DNA from: a virus
Lineage: Duplodnaviria; Heunggongvirae; Uroviricota; Caudoviricetes
Strand: one strand, 5' to 3'
IMG/VR virus record: IMGVR_UViG_2698536476_000007
Length of the DNA: 26,878 nt
In this document: positions 25,761-26,878 of the stretch, piece after piece
Layout of the letters: every line of letters begins with the position of its first letter
How positions within the stretch are numbered: position 1 is the first letter of the stretch
Position numbers and translations under genes: made by a program
Notes under the pieces: generated by a model
What the model was told of the DNA's origin: nothing
What the model saw: the letters and a program-made list of their open reading frames with translations, nothing else
The model's database searches: none

Positions 25761-26362
25761 TGAATAAAGCTGTATTGAATAGCGAACTCATTGCCATAAA
25801 AGCGGGAGACATTATCATTTATAATTATGATGGTGAAACGCGGGAATATATTTCTACATCAACTGAATATCTCGCTGTCGGCGTCGGTATCCCGGCATGT
25901 TCCTGTTTGGATGCACCAGGTACACATAAAGCTGGTTATGCAATCTGTCGCTCTGTAGATTTAAATTCATGGGAATATGTGCCAGACCATCGCGGTGAAG
26001 TTGTCTATAGTACCGAAACGGGAGATACCAAAGAAATCACAGTTCCGGGTGATTACCCGGAAAATACAACCACTATAGCCCCATTAACGCCATACGATAA
26101 ATGGGATGGTGAGAAATGGGTGACCGATACTGAGGCACAGCATAGCGCCGCAGTAGACGCGGCAGAAGCACAGCGTCAGTCACTGATTGATACTGCAATG
26201 GCTTCCATTAGTCTGATTCAACTGAAATTGCAGGCCGGGCGGAAGCTGATGCAGACAGAAAACACCCGACTTAACGCTGTGCTGGATTACATTGACGCGG
26301 TGACGGCAACAGATACCAGCACCGCGCCGGACGTCATCTGGCCTGAACTGCCGGAGGCGTAG
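25757..26362 (+). CDS. Tail fibre assembly protein (Tfa)
   Basis: 201 aa; conserved Tfa C-terminus '...[24 protein letters not shown]'; ATGA overlap with the tail-fibre gene. Confidence 0.8.
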   Translation: MMNKAVLNSELIAIKAGDIIIYNYDGETREYISTSTEYLAVGVGIPACSCLDAPGTHKAGYAICRSVDLNSWEYVPDHRGEVVYSTETGDTKEITVPGDYPENTTTIAPLTPYDKWDGEKWVTDTEAQHSAAVDAAEAQRQSLIDTAMASISLIQLKLQAGRKLMQTENTRLNAVLDYIDAVTATDTSTAPDVIWPELPEA

Positions 26363-26753
26363 GCCATTCAATATCTGGCGCACCGGAAGTATCGACCAGT
26401 TCCAGTGCGTCCAGATAATCCAGCCACAAATTATATTGCGCCAGTTCCTCACCTTTCAGGCGACCAATCGCCGCTTTACCTGGCCATTGTCTGCTGTTCA
26501 TGTGCTCGTTGGCTTCATTAATAAGTTTTCTTTTTTTCAAATCCGCCAATGCAATAAGGTTTTCTTTTGATAAAGGTGGTTGCTCTGTCAAAACCGGATA
26601 TCCCTCCTGATTGCTGACTATTTTCATGCCATTATCCTGACCATCCAGTAGTAACAGCCATTCATCCGTGGTTATCTCAACAGCATCTGAAGGTGCTTTA
26701 TTTAAATCGGTAAAAAAACCATTTTCTTTTTGTGAATAGAAGTATCTATCCAT
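26334..26753 (-). CDS. Tail fibre assembly protein, alternative copy (Tfa') on the opposite strand
   Basis: 139 aa; shares the conserved C-terminal Tfa motif '[26 protein letters not shown]' with the + strand Tfa; convergent with 3' ends overlapping, as in invertible tail-fibre segments (Mu G, P1 C, e14 P). Confidence 0.8.
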   Translation of the reverse strand: MDRYFYSQKENGFFTDLNKAPSDAVEITTDEWLLLLDGQDNGMKIVSNQEGYPVLTEQPPLSKENLIALADLKKRKLINEANEHMNSRQWPGKAAIGRLKGEELAQYNLWLDYLDALELVDTSGAPDIEWPTPPAVQAR

Positions 26754-26878
26754 TTATTAATCTCCAAAAGCAATGAACCGCCCCGGTTTTCCTGGAGAGT
26801 GTTTTATCTGTGAACTCAGGCTGCCAGATCATCGTTTCTGATGGAAGCATAATAAGCTTTTTCTGCTTCTGCCGGAGG
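26747..26878 (-). CDS. 3' end of an alternative tail-fibre variable segment (Sv'), truncated by the window edge
   Basis: The - strand frame is open from the window edge to TAG at 26747-26749, ending 8 nt into the Tfa' start; orientation and position match the alternative fibre exon of an invertible segment. Translation not independently recognised. Confidence 0.35.

Larger units (their letters stand above)
1..26878. mobile_element. Prophage segment (lambdoid Q/lysis module + HK97-like head + Mu-like contractile tail); both ends run off the window
   Basis: Gene content and order read from the translated ORFs: rusA, Q, S-R-Rz/Rz1, HNH, terminase small/large, portal, protease, capsid, sheath, tube, tape measure, baseplate, tail fibre, Tfa. 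Phage-typical overlapping start/stop codons throughout. Confidence 0.9.

Noticed and set aside
26771-26800. Possible second hix-like site (GAACC-GCCCC-GGTTTTCC) near the right edge
   Set aside because: The AACC and GGTT arms are separated by 5 bp instead of the 2-bp core required for Hin/Gin-family sites; the true partner site is expected beyond the window.
1-26878. CRISPR array or other tandem repeat array
   Set aside because: No regularly spaced direct repeats were seen anywhere in the window; the only repeats found are the 14-bp pair flanking the 7184-7435 moron.

Overview
The window is a contiguous piece of a mosaic enterobacterial (E. coli-like) prophage, with almost all genes on the + strand. 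Left to right: a lambdoid late-control block (LexA-like HTH fragment, rusA, KilA-N protein, DUF968 protein, antiterminator Q); an AT-rich two-gene cargo cassette on the - strand (2830-5222); lambda-type lysis genes (holin, R endolysin, Rz/Rz1); two small moron-like ORFs; an HNH endonuclease plus terminase and an HK97-like head module (portal, protease, major capsid, connectors); and a Mu-like contractile tail module (sheath, tube, frameshifted chaperone, tape measure, N, P, baseplate V/gp46/J/gp48, tail fibre, convergent tail-fibre assembly genes). No rRNA, tRNA or CRISPR array was seen. The most interesting element is the 2.4 kb cassette between Q and the lysis genes: two tightly coupled ORFs (a Zn-ribbon protein with an NdpA/YejK-like region, and a protein with C-terminal hydrophobic helices) that I cannot assign to any named system; I propose it as a candidate undescribed anti-phage/abortive-infection module. 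Other notable points are a hix/gix-like recombination site inside the tail-fibre gene (an invertible host-range segment running off the right edge), a -1 frameshift site in the tail chaperone, and a candidate cos region between HNH and terminase. All product calls rest on reading the translated ORFs against remembered family sequences; no database search or computation was run.
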